42,566 nucleotides of DNA from Prevotella sp. (GTDB taxonomy: Bacteria > Bacteroidota > Bacteroidia > Bacteroidales > Bacteroidaceae): NCBI GenBank assembly GCA_017483785.1, contig JAFUVC010000010.1:1-42566 (forward strand). Direction: 5' to 3'. The notes under the pieces were generated by a model that saw only the letters and a program-made list of their open reading frames with translations, searched no databases and was not told the origin of the DNA. This document shows positions 1-10,655 of the stretch, in pieces. Within the stretch, counting starts at the first letter, position 1; every line of letters begins with the position of its first letter. The position numbers were made by a program, and so were the translations under genes.

Positions 1-1593
1 CTGATGGACAACGAGTTGGAAAACGGCGTGCTCCACGAAATCAACCACGTGCTCACCCGCTCGAACAACCTCATTGCAGGTGAACTCAGCAAGCACGAGG
101 AATTCACGATTTTCAACCAAGCACTGACCGCCACCTCGCTCGCCGACTCGCTCTCGGCCATCGAAAAGAAAGGCATCATCATGCCGACACGCTATTCCGG
201 CACGAAGACATCGTCGAAGATGTACACGCCCGAAGTCTGCAAACTCGGATTCACGATTTTTGCCGAGACCGACGCCGTGCTGAAAGCCAACGGCATCAAC
301 AGCATCGACGACCTCGCAGCCTATGCCGCGAAAGTCTATGGCGACTGCGCCAAGCCCGAAAGCGGTTGGTACGACTACTATCGCAACAAGGGCATCGAAG
401 TGAGCACCGGCAAGGACTATTCCAACCCCGCCAACGTGCTCAATATGTTCATGCGCTACCACATCGTCCAGTACATCGTCCCCTACAACAAGATTTTCTA
501 CACCTACGCACAAGCCACCGGTGCTCCCGTCTATGAGTATTTTGAGACGATGCTGCCCTACACGATGATGAAAATCTCGCGTATCGACGGTGTGCCCCGC
601 ATCAACCGCTGGGTGACCAACAGCACGCTGACCGACCGCGTGGCCGAACTCGCTTCTGAGAACATCGCCAAGGTGATGCGCGAAGGTATCCTCGTCAACC
701 GCGACAATATCCAGTCGCTCAACGGATACATCCATCCCATCAACGACATGCTCGTCTATGACTACAACGTGCCCCACGGAACGCTCAACGAGCGCATGCG
801 CTTCGACGACCTCTCGCTGCTGCACGAAATGATGTCGAACGGCTTGCGCTGCAAGGCTCCTGCCGAGGTGAAAGCACTGGCAGGCGGCGTCTTCGACAGC
901 TTCGGCGGCGAAGGAAACATGCGTATCCCCGAGAACTACTGCAAGAACATCCGCGTCTATAACGGCGACAACTCCGAGATTTACTACCTCCCCGGACAGG
1001 ACTGCACATGGGCCAACTATCAGGGCGACGAACTCCTCTGCAACGGTGCCTACGACTTCGCACTCCGCCTGCCGCCGGTTCCCGACGGAACCTACGAGGT
1101 GCGCATCGGCTATTCGGCCAACTCCCTGCGCGGAATGATGCAGTGCTACATCGGACGCTCGTCGGCCATCACCTCGATGCGCGCGCTCGACATTCCGCTC
1201 GACATGCGCCACCAGCCCTACGGCCTGAACGTGGACAACGCCGACTACAAGAAGATTGAAAACGGCGTCACCACCTACATGCCCGACGAAGTGACTGGCT
1301 GGCTGCCCTACACCTACACGACAGACATGGGCGTGGAGAGCGATGCCAACATGCGCAGCCTCGGCTGGATGCGCGGAACGCTGGTCTATCTCTTCGGAAA
1401 CAGAATTTCACGCGCCTATCCGGGCAACCTGCGCCGAATCATCGTCAAGCAGCAGTTCGAGCAGGGAGAATACTGGATACGCTTCAAGACCGTGCTGCCC
1501 AACAACACCTCCACCGAGTTCCACTTAGACTACATTGAACTCTGCCCAGAAAACGTCTATAACAACCAGATGTATCTGGAGGATATGTTCTAA
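1..1593 (+). CDS. Fasciclin-domain protein of a SusC/SusD locus (5' truncated by the window edge)
   Basis: Frame is open from base 1. FAS1-type motifs NGVLHEINHVL, GFTIFAETD, MRYHIV and NGYIHPINDML. Host-like codon usage. Confidence 0.8.
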   Translation: MMDNELENGVLHEINHVLTRSNNLIAGELSKHEEFTIFNQALTATSLADSLSAIEKKGIIMPTRYSGTKTSSKMYTPEVCKLGFTIFAETDAVLKANGINSIDDLAAYAAKVYGDCAKPESGWYDYYRNKGIEVSTGKDYSNPANVLNMFMRYHIVQYIVPYNKIFYTYAQATGAPVYEYFETMLPYTMMKISRIDGVPRINRWVTNSTLTDRVAELASENIAKVMREGILVNRDNIQSLNGYIHPINDMLVYDYNVPHGTLNERMRFDDLSLLHEMMSNGLRCKAPAEVKALAGGVFDSFGGEGNMRIPENYCKNIRVYNGDNSEIYYLPGQDCTWANYQGDELLCNGAYDFALRLPPVPDGTYEVRIGYSANSLRGMMQCYIGRSSAITSMRALDIPLDMRHQPYGLNVDNADYKKIENGVTTYMPDEVTGWLPYTYTTDMGVESDANMRSLGWMRGTLVYLFGNRISRAYPGNLRRIIVKQQFEQGEYWIRFKTVLPNNTSTEFHLDYIELCPENVYNNQMYLEDMF

Positions 1594-1634
1594 TTTACAG
1601 TTTACAAGATTTATAATGAACAATTTATAATAGG

Positions 1635-3422
1635 ATGAATATGAAAAAGGTAAATATAAGGTTAGCATTGTCCTCCCTGCTCCTCGTCTCCCTGCTCCTC
1701 ACCTCATGCAAGGAATGGGACGACCACTACGAGGCAGAAACCGCCGTGGAAGGCTCTGCAACGGCAACCCTCTGGGAGAACATCTCGGCCAACGCCAACC
1801 TGTCGCAGTTTGCAACACTCGTGAAAAAGGCCGGATACGAAGACTTCCTGAAAGCAACGCAGACCCTCACCGTCTGGGCTCCGCTCAACGGAACGTTCGA
1901 CTACGACGCCCTTCTGGAAGAAGGCAACGAGAAACTGCTGAAAGAGTTTGTGCAGAACCACATCGCACGCAACAACTATCCGGCCTCCGGAAGAGTGGAG
2001 AAAAACATCTTCATGCTCAACAAGAAACGCCTCCTGTTTGAAGGCAACGGCAACTACACGATGGACGGAATAGAAGTGGCGCAGCCCAACGTGGCCAGCA
2101 GCAACGGAGTCATCCACACCATCAGCGGAAAACTCCAGTTCCGCTACAACATTCTCGAGTCGCTCAAAGCCGACGAGTTCCCCATCGACTCCATCAGCGA
2201 CTACATCCACAGTTACGACGAGATGTGGTTCAACGAAGCCAAAAGCGTTCAGGGACCCGTTGTTGACGGACAACTCACCTACTTGGACTCGGTGTTCACC
2301 GAATACAACGCGCAGACCGCCTACCACAACGCTTTCATCAACGTGGAAGACAGCAACTACACCATGATAGTTCCCAGCAACAAAGCATGGGAAAAAGCCA
2401 TGAACTACATTCGCAAGTGCTACAACTACGCGAAATTCTCCTATGTTGACGTGACCACAAGCGAGCAGAAGAAAACCGACGAAGAACTGATTCCCGACGC
2501 CGCCACGGCAGCCTACTGGCAAGACTCCATCAGCCACAACAAACTGCTGACAGGCCTCTTCTACAACAACAACCTCTACGACAACAAGAAACTGAAGAAC
2601 CTCCGCAACGGCGAACTTCCCGAAGCCGACTCGCTGATGACCACGTACTTTGACCGCATCTACAAAGAAGACGCCCGGAACCTCTTCACCGGAACCACAC
2701 GCTCAGAGAAGAGCAACGGAGCCATCCACATCACCGACGACTCGCTCCGAATGGCTCCCTGGCTCATCTGGAACCCGATTATCAACATCGAAACGGAAAC
2801 GACCAACAATCAGGGAACGGTCAATGCCGGCTCGCTCACCTCTTACTGGATTGGACAAAGCAACGTCTATCAGAACCCCAGAGTACAAGGCTCCGTGTCG
2901 AGCAGCGGCTATGCCGTCATTTCGCCGAGCATGTCATCGGGCAACCCGGGCTTCAACGTCAAACTGAACAACGTTCGCTCCACGACCTACGTCATCTACT
3001 GCGTATTCGTTCCCGCCCATATCCAGAACGCATACATCCCCGAGGAAAGCCTGCAACCCAACAACGTGCAGGTGCAAATCGGATTCTGCAAGGCCGACGG
3101 AACACTGCCCACAAGAGCAACCACGCTGGGAACCTTTGAAACCTTCAAGAACAAGGACTTCAACAGCGAAGAAGAAGTGAGCGAAGACAATCCGGCGTAT
3201 TTCTTCAACAAACTCGACACGGTATGCTTCGGCGAGGTGACATTCCCCGTCTGCTACTACGGAATGACGGGCTATCCCTACCTGAACATCCAGAGCCGTG
3301 CCGAGCGGCGTAAACACGACAACACGCTGCGCATCGACCGCGTGTTCCTCGTGCCGAAGGAACTCGACGACTACATGAAGGAGCATCCCGGTTATACGCC
3401 TTACTATTTCCGTTACTCATAA
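1635..3422 (+). CDS. Fasciclin-domain lipoprotein
   Basis: Lipoprotein signal (LLLTSC). FAS1 motifs LTVWAPLNG, QNHI, SNGVIHTI, and a second YTMIVPSN...SNGAIH. Start could be 1641. Confidence 0.8.
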   Translation: MNMKKVNIRLALSSLLLVSLLLTSCKEWDDHYEAETAVEGSATATLWENISANANLSQFATLVKKAGYEDFLKATQTLTVWAPLNGTFDYDALLEEGNEKLLKEFVQNHIARNNYPASGRVEKNIFMLNKKRLLFEGNGNYTMDGIEVAQPNVASSNGVIHTISGKLQFRYNILESLKADEFPIDSISDYIHSYDEMWFNEAKSVQGPVVDGQLTYLDSVFTEYNAQTAYHNAFINVEDSNYTMIVPSNKAWEKAMNYIRKCYNYAKFSYVDVTTSEQKKTDEELIPDAATAAYWQDSISHNKLLTGLFYNNNLYDNKKLKNLRNGELPEADSLMTTYFDRIYKEDARNLFTGTTRSEKSNGAIHITDDSLRMAPWLIWNPIINIETETTNNQGTVNAGSLTSYWIGQSNVYQNPRVQGSVSSSGYAVISPSMSSGNPGFNVKLNNVRSTTYVIYCVFVPAHIQNAYIPEESLQPNNVQVQIGFCKADGTLPTRATTLGTFETFKNKDFNSEEEVSEDNPAYFFNKLDTVCFGEVTFPVCYYGMTGYPYLNIQSRAERRKHDNTLRIDRVFLVPKELDDYMKEHPGYTPYYFRYS

Positions 3423-3468
3423 AGGCTACAGCGAACAGAAATTCCATTGAAAAAATACAAAAATCTCT

Positions 3469-6400
3469 ATGATAATGAAAAGACATATCATTCTTAGTAT
3501 CGGCATCCTCCTCGCCAGTGTCGTCTGCCTGCCCGCCATGGCACAAGACGACGACGTAGAATATGCCGACGACGCACAGAAAGCCGTCGTCAAGAAGAAG
3601 ACACAGGTGAAAAAGCCTACCTACCCCATGATGGAAGTGAAGGGAATCGTCGTCGATGCCGCTTCGAAAGAGCCGCTGGCCGGTATTCAGGTACAGACCC
3701 TCAACGACCGCAACTACGCTGCCATGACCGACGAGAAAGGCGAATTCACCATCAAAGTGCCTACGTTTGCCACGTCGCTCTACGTGTTCTCCCCGCGCTA
3801 CCTCAGCCAGCAAGTGGGCATCGGCGACGGAAAGAAAACACTCAGCATCACGATGATTAGCGACAAGTTCAGGACGATGTACGAAAACGGTACGAACATC
3901 ACCGCAAGTTCAAAGGCCCTTGTCAACAACACCACCGCCCTTTCAGTAGAGACGGAAATTGAAAACACCATCGGTGCCGACATCCACGCCATCAACCGCT
4001 CAGGCGGCCCGGGCTACGGCGCAGCCATGTTCGTCCGCGGACTGAACTCGCTCAACGCCAACGCCATGCCCCTCATCGTCGTTGACGGAGTGGTTCGCGA
4101 CATGCAGGAAACCCGTTCCACGCTCCACTATGGCGACTACACAAACCTGCTGCTCAACATCAACCCAGCCGACGTGGAGAAAGTGCAAGTGCTCAAGAAC
4201 GCAACGGCACTCTACGGAGCCAAGGGCGGCAACGGCGTGGTGCTCATCACCACCAAGCGCGGACGCTCGCAGGCAACACGCATCGATGCCAACATCGGAG
4301 CCGGCGTAACCACCATCGGCCGCCTGCCGGAACTCATGAACGCCCAGCAGTATCGCCTCTACGCCTCTGAAATCCTCGGAACCTATCCCGACATCAGCAA
4401 GTACAAAGACGAGTTCAAGTTCCTCAACGACGACCCGACCAAGTACTACTACAGAGACTATCACAACGAAACCGACTGGAAGAAAGAAGTCTATCACACC
4501 GCCGTCACCCAGAACTACAACATCAACGTGCAGGGTGGTGACAACATCGGTATGTATAACCTCTCGCTCGGCTACACCAACGCCCAGAGCACGGCCCGCA
4601 AGAACAACTTCAACCGCCTGAACGTGCGCTTCAACACCGACATCAACGTGATTCGCAAACTCACCACACGTTTCGACATGTCATACACGAAACTCAACCG
4701 CAACGTGTTCGACAACGGCGCACCCGAAGACTTCGGCGCGGCACCCGTTTCGTCGCCCACGCTGCTCGCGCTCATCAAGGCCCCGTTCCTGAACCCATAT
4801 ACGTTCAACAACATCACGGGAAAACTGACATCGACACTCTCCGATGCCGACAACTTCCTGACCGGGCTCGACCGCGACCTGACGCTGGGTAACCCCACGG
4901 CACTGCTCGCACATGGCAACGCCATCAACAAGAACCGCGTCGAGACGATGGTGTTCAACACCGTCATCGCGCCGCGCTTCGACTTCACGCCCAACCTCTC
5001 GCTCAGCGAGACCTTCAGTTACACGCTCGACCGCACTTCACAGCGCTACTATCGCCCGAAAGGCGGTATGCCCATCTTCCTCATCGAAGGCATCGGCCGC
5101 GTGGAGTCGCTCGTCAGCACAATGTTCTCGAAGCAGACCAGCGTAGTCAGCGACACGCGCCTGCAGTTCACCAAGCAACTCGGCAGCCACTTCGTTGACC
5201 TCTACGGCGGATTCCGCTTCTCGTCGTTCTCTTTCGACGACAACACACCGACAGGCCAGCGCAGTTCGGGTACCAACGACAAGCAGCCCAACATCAGTGC
5301 CGGAATGACCTATGTGGACGTGAAAGGTATTGCCGACGCATGGAAAAACCTGACATGGTATGCCAACCTCGACTACAACTTCCGCAACCGCTACTTCGCC
5401 CAGCTGACGCTCGCCGCAGAAACCAGCAGCCGCTTCGGTAAAAACTCCAGCGGACTGAAACTCGCAGGCGTGAAATGGGGCATCTTCCCCAGCGTGCAAC
5501 TCGGCTGGGCCATGACCAACGAGGCCTGGTTCCCGAAGACCGACGCGCTGAACTACCTGCTCGTGAAGGCCGGATTCGACATCTCCGGCAACGACAACAT
5601 CAACAACTATGCCGCACGCACGTCGTTCAACGTGGTGAAATACCTCAACGACCTCACCGCAGCGCAGTTGAACAACATCGGTAACGACCAGATTACCTTC
5701 GAGAAGACCCGCCGAATCAACCTCGGACTGCAGTCATACTGGCTCAACAACCGGCTCGGCGTCGCCTTCGACTACTATCTGAACCACACCTCGAACCTGC
5801 TCACGCTGAAGAGCTTCGAAAACCCCGTCGCCGGTATCAACAACTACTGGTCAAACGGCGGCTCGCTCGACAACACGGGCTTCGAACTCACCGTCACGGG
5901 CAAACCCGTCGTGACGAAGAACTTCAACATGGAAATCGGTGCCTCAATGGGCCACTACGTCAACAAAGTCAAGTCGCTGCCCAACGACGACAAGATTTAC
6001 ATCGGCGGCCAACTCGCCGGACAAGGCTATACCTCGTCCATCTACGGCAACAACAACATGGCCACCATCGTAGGCCACGAAGTCGGAAGTTTCTACGGCT
6101 ACCAGTTCGAAGGCGTATTCTCGACCGATGCCGAGGCTGCACAGGCCGGCAATAACGGATACCTCTACATGCGCGACAACACCGGCGCACACCTGAACTT
6201 CAGGGCTGGCGACGCACACTTTGCCGACCTGAACGGCGACGGCGAGATTGGCGTAGAAGACAGAACCATCATCGGCAACCCCAACCCCGACATCTACGGT
6301 AACATCTTCGCCAACATCTCGTGGAAGGACTTCACGCTCTTCGTAGGCTTCAACTACTCGCTCGGCAACGACGTGTTCAACTACCAGCGCAGCGTGCTCG

Positions 6401-6774
6401 AAGGCGGAAACAACTTCTACAACCAGACGACGGCCGTCACCAACCACTGGCGCTACGAAGGACAGGTTACCGACGTGCCGCGCGTCAGTTTTGACGACCC
6501 GATGGGCAACAGCCGCTTCAGCAGCCGCTGGATTGAAGACGGAAGCTATCTCCGGCTGAAGACCCTGCGCCTGAACTACAGGGTGCCCGTCAACTTCTCG
6601 TGGCTCCAGGGTCTGCAAATCTGGGCAGAGGCCAACAACCTCTTCACCGTGACGCGCTACCTCGGCAGCGACCCCGAATTCTCGGTGGCCAACGGCGTGC
6701 TCTATCAGGGCATCGACGCCGGCAACGTGGCACTCAGTCGCACCTTCTCGCTCGGATTGAAAATCAACCTCTAA
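3469..6774 (+). CDS. SusC/RagA family TonB-dependent outer membrane transporter
   Basis: Signal peptide, carboxypeptidase-regulatory-like N domain, plug motifs PLIVVDG and LKNATALYGAKGGNGVVLITTKRG, IGNPNPD, WIEDGSYLRLK, C-terminal beta-strand FSLGLKINL. Confidence 0.95.
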   Translation: MIMKRHIILSIGILLASVVCLPAMAQDDDVEYADDAQKAVVKKKTQVKKPTYPMMEVKGIVVDAASKEPLAGIQVQTLNDRNYAAMTDEKGEFTIKVPTFATSLYVFSPRYLSQQVGIGDGKKTLSITMISDKFRTMYENGTNITASSKALVNNTTALSVETEIENTIGADIHAINRSGGPGYGAAMFVRGLNSLNANAMPLIVVDGVVRDMQETRSTLHYGDYTNLLLNINPADVEKVQVLKNATALYGAKGGNGVVLITTKRGRSQATRIDANIGAGVTTIGRLPELMNAQQYRLYASEILGTYPDISKYKDEFKFLNDDPTKYYYRDYHNETDWKKEVYHTAVTQNYNINVQGGDNIGMYNLSLGYTNAQSTARKNNFNRLNVRFNTDINVIRKLTTRFDMSYTKLNRNVFDNGAPEDFGAAPVSSPTLLALIKAPFLNPYTFNNITGKLTSTLSDADNFLTGLDRDLTLGNPTALLAHGNAINKNRVETMVFNTVIAPRFDFTPNLSLSETFSYTLDRTSQRYYRPKGGMPIFLIEGIGRVESLVSTMFSKQTSVVSDTRLQFTKQLGSHFVDLYGGFRFSSFSFDDNTPTGQRSSGTNDKQPNISAGMTYVDVKGIADAWKNLTWYANLDYNFRNRYFAQLTLAAETSSRFGKNSSGLKLAGVKWGIFPSVQLGWAMTNEAWFPKTDALNYLLVKAGFDISGNDNINNYAARTSFNVVKYLNDLTAAQLNNIGNDQITFEKTRRINLGLQSYWLNNRLGVAFDYYLNHTSNLLTLKSFENPVAGINNYWSNGGSLDNTGFELTVTGKPVVTKNFNMEIGASMGHYVNKVKSLPNDDKIYIGGQLAGQGYTSSIYGNNNMATIVGHEVGSFYGYQFEGVFSTDAEAAQAGNNGYLYMRDNTGAHLNFRAGDAHFADLNGDGEIGVEDRTIIGNPNPDIYGNIFANISWKDFTLFVGFNYSLGNDVFNYQRSVLEGGNNFYNQTTAVTNHWRYEGQVTDVPRVSFDDPMGNSRFSSRWIEDGSYLRLKTLRLNYRVPVNFSWLQGLQIWAEANNLFTVTRYLGSDPEFSVANGVLYQGIDAGNVALSRTFSLGLKINL

Positions 6775-6802
6775 AATAATTAATAATTAAAAATTAGTAA
6801 TT
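6775..6802. repeat. Four degenerate heptamers (aataatt aataatt aaaaatt agtaatt) that exactly fill the susC-susD gap
   Basis: Read directly: 4x7 = 28 bp between the stop at 6774 and the ATG at 6803. Confidence 0.6.
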
Positions 6803-8728
6803 ATGATTACAACATATATGAAAAATAAGGTGGCTGCGAGAATTTCCTGCCTGCTTTTTGCGACAACGCTCCTGACTCCTGTCCTGACCTCCTGTCAGGA
6901 TATGCTCGAAACGGAGTCGAACCTACAGGTCTTCGACCCCTCGCTCGACCAGAAAACCGACTCGATGTTCTACACGCTCGGCATTCTGAAAGGCGTGCAG
7001 CAGGCCATCGACCAGTATGTGCTCTTCAACGAGATGCGCGGCGAACTCACCGCAACGAATCAATACACCTCGACCGACCTGCGCGAGTTGGCCAACTTCT
7101 CGGCAGGCATCACGAACAAGTATGATTCGGCCTACATCTTCTACCGCGTCATCAACAACTGCAACTACTTCATCCAGCACCGCGACACCACGCTGCTCAC
7201 CGGTGCCCGGAAAGTGGCCGTTCCAGAGTATGTGCAGGCCTACAGCATCCGCGCATGGGCCTATCTGCAACTGGCGAAGATGTATGGCGAAGTGCCCTTC
7301 TTCACCGAGCCCATCACCAACATCAGCGAGGCCAACGCCATTCGCGAGAAGAAAGACATCAGGGGCATCTGCGCCGCACTCGCACCGCAACTCAAGTACT
7401 ATGCCGACAGCACGGCACTCGCTGCCGTGCCCGACTACAACGGCGGTGTCTTGGTGGATGCAGGCTACTTCAACAACAACACGCGGAAGCAGGTGAGTGT
7501 CAAGAGTATCATGTTCCCCGTCGGACTCGTCCTCGGCGACCTCTATCTGGAGGCCGGAGAGTTTGAAAATGCCGCCAAGTGCTACTTCAAGTACCTCAAC
7601 GACAACCGACTCTACGCCAGAGACTACGGAACATTCCCCAATATTACGGAAGACATCCGCCGCCGGCTGCCCAGCGACTGGCCAAGATCCTTCTCTTATA
7701 TGTCATGGAGCAGTATGTTCAGCAGCAACAGCCACAACGACGTCATCACCTATGTGCCGATGGCTGTCAACAAACTGCGCGGTCAGACCACCGACCTGCC
7801 CCGCCTGTTCGGCTACGACCTCTACACCACCGAGGCCACATCGTCGGCTTCGATGAATATGTATCTGGTGGAGCGCGAAATCGACCCCTCGCAAACCTAT
7901 TTCGACCTGTCGAACGCGCAGGAATATTACTACACCCCCCAGCAGTCAGTCATGATTAAGTCGGTCGATTTCCTCGGCGACGGCCGCCGCAATTCGACAT
8001 TCAGACACGTCTCGAAAGAAGACTCCATGTTCTATGAGATGAGAAAATACGAGAATGGAAACATCTTCATCTACCGCACTTCCGCCATCTATCTGCGACT
8101 GGCCGAGGCCCTCAACCGCATGGGCTATCCCGATGCTGCCTTCGCCATTCTGAAAGACGGATTCAACGACGACCTTGAGACCGACTCCACCTATCTCACG
8201 CCGGAGTCGCACACGCTCCTGCGCTCCACGATTCCGTTCTTCTCCGCTGAAAACAAGGCGATTTACGCCAACAGCGCCGGAATCCACTCCTACGGAGCAG
8301 GTGCAACGGAAGGCCTTTTCTCTCCCTACCAGATGGACAACATTGCCTACAGGAAATATCTGGAACTGCAGAGTCAGTTCGGAGCAGATTTGTTCCCCGA
8401 CCTCATCCAAGAGCGCGAATTCTATGACGAGGAAGGCAACCTGATTGTCGATGACGAAGGCAACCCCATTACCCTGAGTTACGTGGCATGGACGAAAGAG
8501 GCACTCATGAACGCCGTGGAAGACCTGATTTGCGACGAATATGCGCTGGAACTGGCCTTCGAGGGACACCGCTTCGGCGACCTCTGCCGCCTCGCCCGCC
8601 ACAAGAACGCAGCAGCCACCTACGGCAGCAACTTCGGCGGCCTGTGGCTTGCCAACAAGCTGAAGAAGAAGAATCCCGTCGTGGACCTCACCGACCAGCA
8701 CAACTGGTATCTGCCGTTCGGAAATTAA
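6803..8728 (+). CDS. SusD/RagB family nutrient-binding lipoprotein
   Basis: Lipobox VLTSC, YRVINNCN, RAWAYLQL..YGEVP, IYLRLAEALN, ELAFEGHRFGDL. Directly follows susC. Start could be 6818. Confidence 0.93.
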   Translation: MITTYMKNKVAARISCLLFATTLLTPVLTSCQDMLETESNLQVFDPSLDQKTDSMFYTLGILKGVQQAIDQYVLFNEMRGELTATNQYTSTDLRELANFSAGITNKYDSAYIFYRVINNCNYFIQHRDTTLLTGARKVAVPEYVQAYSIRAWAYLQLAKMYGEVPFFTEPITNISEANAIREKKDIRGICAALAPQLKYYADSTALAAVPDYNGGVLVDAGYFNNNTRKQVSVKSIMFPVGLVLGDLYLEAGEFENAAKCYFKYLNDNRLYARDYGTFPNITEDIRRRLPSDWPRSFSYMSWSSMFSSNSHNDVITYVPMAVNKLRGQTTDLPRLFGYDLYTTEATSSASMNMYLVEREIDPSQTYFDLSNAQEYYYTPQQSVMIKSVDFLGDGRRNSTFRHVSKEDSMFYEMRKYENGNIFIYRTSAIYLRLAEALNRMGYPDAAFAILKDGFNDDLETDSTYLTPESHTLLRSTIPFFSAENKAIYANSAGIHSYGAGATEGLFSPYQMDNIAYRKYLELQSQFGADLFPDLIQEREFYDEEGNLIVDDEGNPITLSYVAWTKEALMNAVEDLICDEYALELAFEGHRFGDLCRLARHKNAAATYGSNFGGLWLANKLKKKNPVVDLTDQHNWYLPFGN

Positions 8729-8742
8729 GCATACGGACTTAT

Positions 8743-8786
8743 AAAAGTAAACCCCGAAGACTTTCAGGCCTTCGGGGTTTATTTTT
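8743..8786. terminator. Bidirectional intrinsic terminator between susD and pruA
   Basis: Stem taaaccccgaag / cttcggggttta flanked by A- and T-tracts, between convergent genes. Confidence 0.85.
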
Positions 8787-8800
8787 GTCGGTTGCCGCGC

Positions 8801-10426
8801 TTACTTCAGATAAGTGTAGCGGTAGTCGGTCGGCGAAACGAGCGTTTCCTTGATGACGCGCGGAATAATCCAGCGAATCAGGTTGAACTCACCGCCAGCC
8901 TTGTCGTTCGTGCCGCTGGCGCGGGCTCCGCCGAAGGGCTGCAAGCCAACCACGGCACCCGTGGGCTTGTCGTTGATGTAGAAATTGCCGGCTGCGTAAC
9001 TCAGTTTGTCGGCCAGTTTCTCCACGGCGAGGCGGTCTCTGCCAAACACGGCACCCGTCAGGCCGTAGGGCGACGTTTCGTCGCAGAGTTTGGCCGTTTC
9101 GTCCACCTTGTCGTCGTCGTAGGGATAAACCGTCAGAATCGGGCCGAAAATCTCCTCAGCCATCGACTTGAAGCGCGGATTCGTGGTTTCGATGACCGTC
9201 GGCTCCACAAACCAGCCCTTCGCCTTGTCGCACTTGCCGCCGAGCACCACCTTGGCGTCTTTGGCAGCCTTCGCGAAGTCGATGTACGACTTGCACTTGT
9301 CGAACGAAGCCTTGTCAATCACGGCGTTGATGAAGTTCTTGGCGTCCATCACGTCGCCCATCTTCACTTCCTTCGCCATCTTCTTGATGTCGGCGAGCAC
9401 TTCCTTCCAGAGGCTCTTCGGAATGTACATGCGGCTGGCTGCCGAGCATTTCTGCCCTTGGAACTCAAAGGCTCCGCAGAACGCTGCCGTGGCCACGGCC
9501 TTCGGGTCGGCCGAGGGATGCACGAAGATGAAGTCCTTGCCGCCGGTTTCGCCCACCAGACGCGGATAGGAGATGTATTTTCCGAGGTTCTGGCCGGCCT
9601 GGCGCCACAGCGAGTTGAACGTGTCGGTGGAACCCGTGAAGTGGATGCCTGCGAAATGCTTCGACTGCGTGGCCACCTCGCCAATCAGAGCGCCACTTCC
9701 CGGCAGGAAGTTAACGACGCCGTCGGGCAGTCCGGCCTCTTTGTAGAGTTGCATCAGGTAATAGTTCGAGAGAAGGGCTGTCGTGGAAGGCTTCCACAGC
9801 GCCACGTTGCCCATCAGAACGGGCGTCATGCAGAGGTTCGAGGCAATCGACGTGAAGTTGAACGGCGTCACGGCCAGCACGAAGCCCTCCAGCGGGCGAT
9901 ATTCCATGTGGTTCAGGTGGCCCACCCCGTCTTTCGGCTGCATGGCGTAGATTTTCGACGCATAATGCACGTTGTAGCGGAAGAAGTCGATGGTTTCGCA
10001 TGCCGACTCGATTTCCGCCTGCTAGATTTTCTTGCTCTGGCCGAGCATCGTGGCGGCGTTCAGGATGGGGCGATATTTCGTGGCCAGCAGTTCGGCCATC
10101 TTCATCACCACGGCGGCGCGCGTCGTCCACGGCGTGCGGCTCCACTCTTTCCAAGCCTTCATGGCAGCCTTCACCGCCATTTCCACCTCTTTCTTGCCCA
10201 CTTTGTGGTAGGTGGCAAGCACGTGCTTGTGGTCGTGCGGACAGGTAACCTGCCCTACGTCGCCCGTACGGATTTCCTCGCCACCGATGATGATGGGAAT
10301 GTCAACCACTAATTTGCTCTGGCGCTCCAGTTCCTTTTCGAGCGCCACGCGCTCGGGCGAACCAGCCAGATACGCCTTCACCGGCTCGTTGGCCGGCACA
10401 GGGAATGTAATCACTGAATTGTTCAT
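8801..10426 (-). pseudogene. pruA: L-glutamate gamma-semialdehyde (P5C) dehydrogenase interrupted by a single in-frame TAG at 10022-10024
   Basis: ORFs 10022..10426 and 8801..9970 share one frame (542 codons in total), reading GQSKKI*QAEIESACETIDFFRYN. Motifs PFNFTSI, FTGST, GETGGK, FQGQKCSA, EEIFGP and QPFGGARASGTNDKAG are intact. Could be a sequencing error or readthrough rather than a true pseudogene. Confidence 0.85.
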
Positions 10427-10469
10427 AAATTCGATAGGTTAGTAGAAATTTAGAATAGAAAAGATTTTG

Positions 10470-10477
10470 CAAATTTA
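10470..10477 (-). promoter_or_regulatory. Bacteroidota -7 promoter box (TAAATTTG) for pruA
   Basis: Matches TAnnTTTG about 45 nt upstream of the ATG. Confidence 0.6.
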
Positions 10478-10570
10478 CAACAAAAAACGGAAAAAACAGA
10501 GCGAAATAAAATTTTTTTCATGTTTAACTTTTTTTTTGAAACTATGTGCCTATGAAAAATAAAAAATCAT

Positions 10571-10578
10571 TATCTTTG
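10571..10578 (+). promoter_or_regulatory. -7 promoter box (TATCTTTG) for pyrB-pyrI-argF-arcC
   Basis: TAnnTTTG consensus in an AT-rich divergent intergenic region. Confidence 0.65.
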
Positions 10579-10655
10579 CGGGCGAAAAAATTGAAAAGGC
10601 AACAAAACGTTACTTAACACCACTATTTTTTCTAAAGTTTTACAAAAATTAATGT

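Noticed and set aside
8792-10312. 506-aa plus-strand ORF, and similar long antisense ORFs (10632..12101, 27829..29166, 31445..32965, 33686..35284, 35350..37365, 39870..41162)
   Set aside because: Shadow frames of well-supported genes, caused by GC-rich third positions. They show no motifs and have V/H/R-biased composition.
10579-10655. E. coli-type pyrBI attenuator (pyrL)
   Set aside because: No leader ORF or GC-rich terminator hairpin is visible between the promoter box and pyrB.
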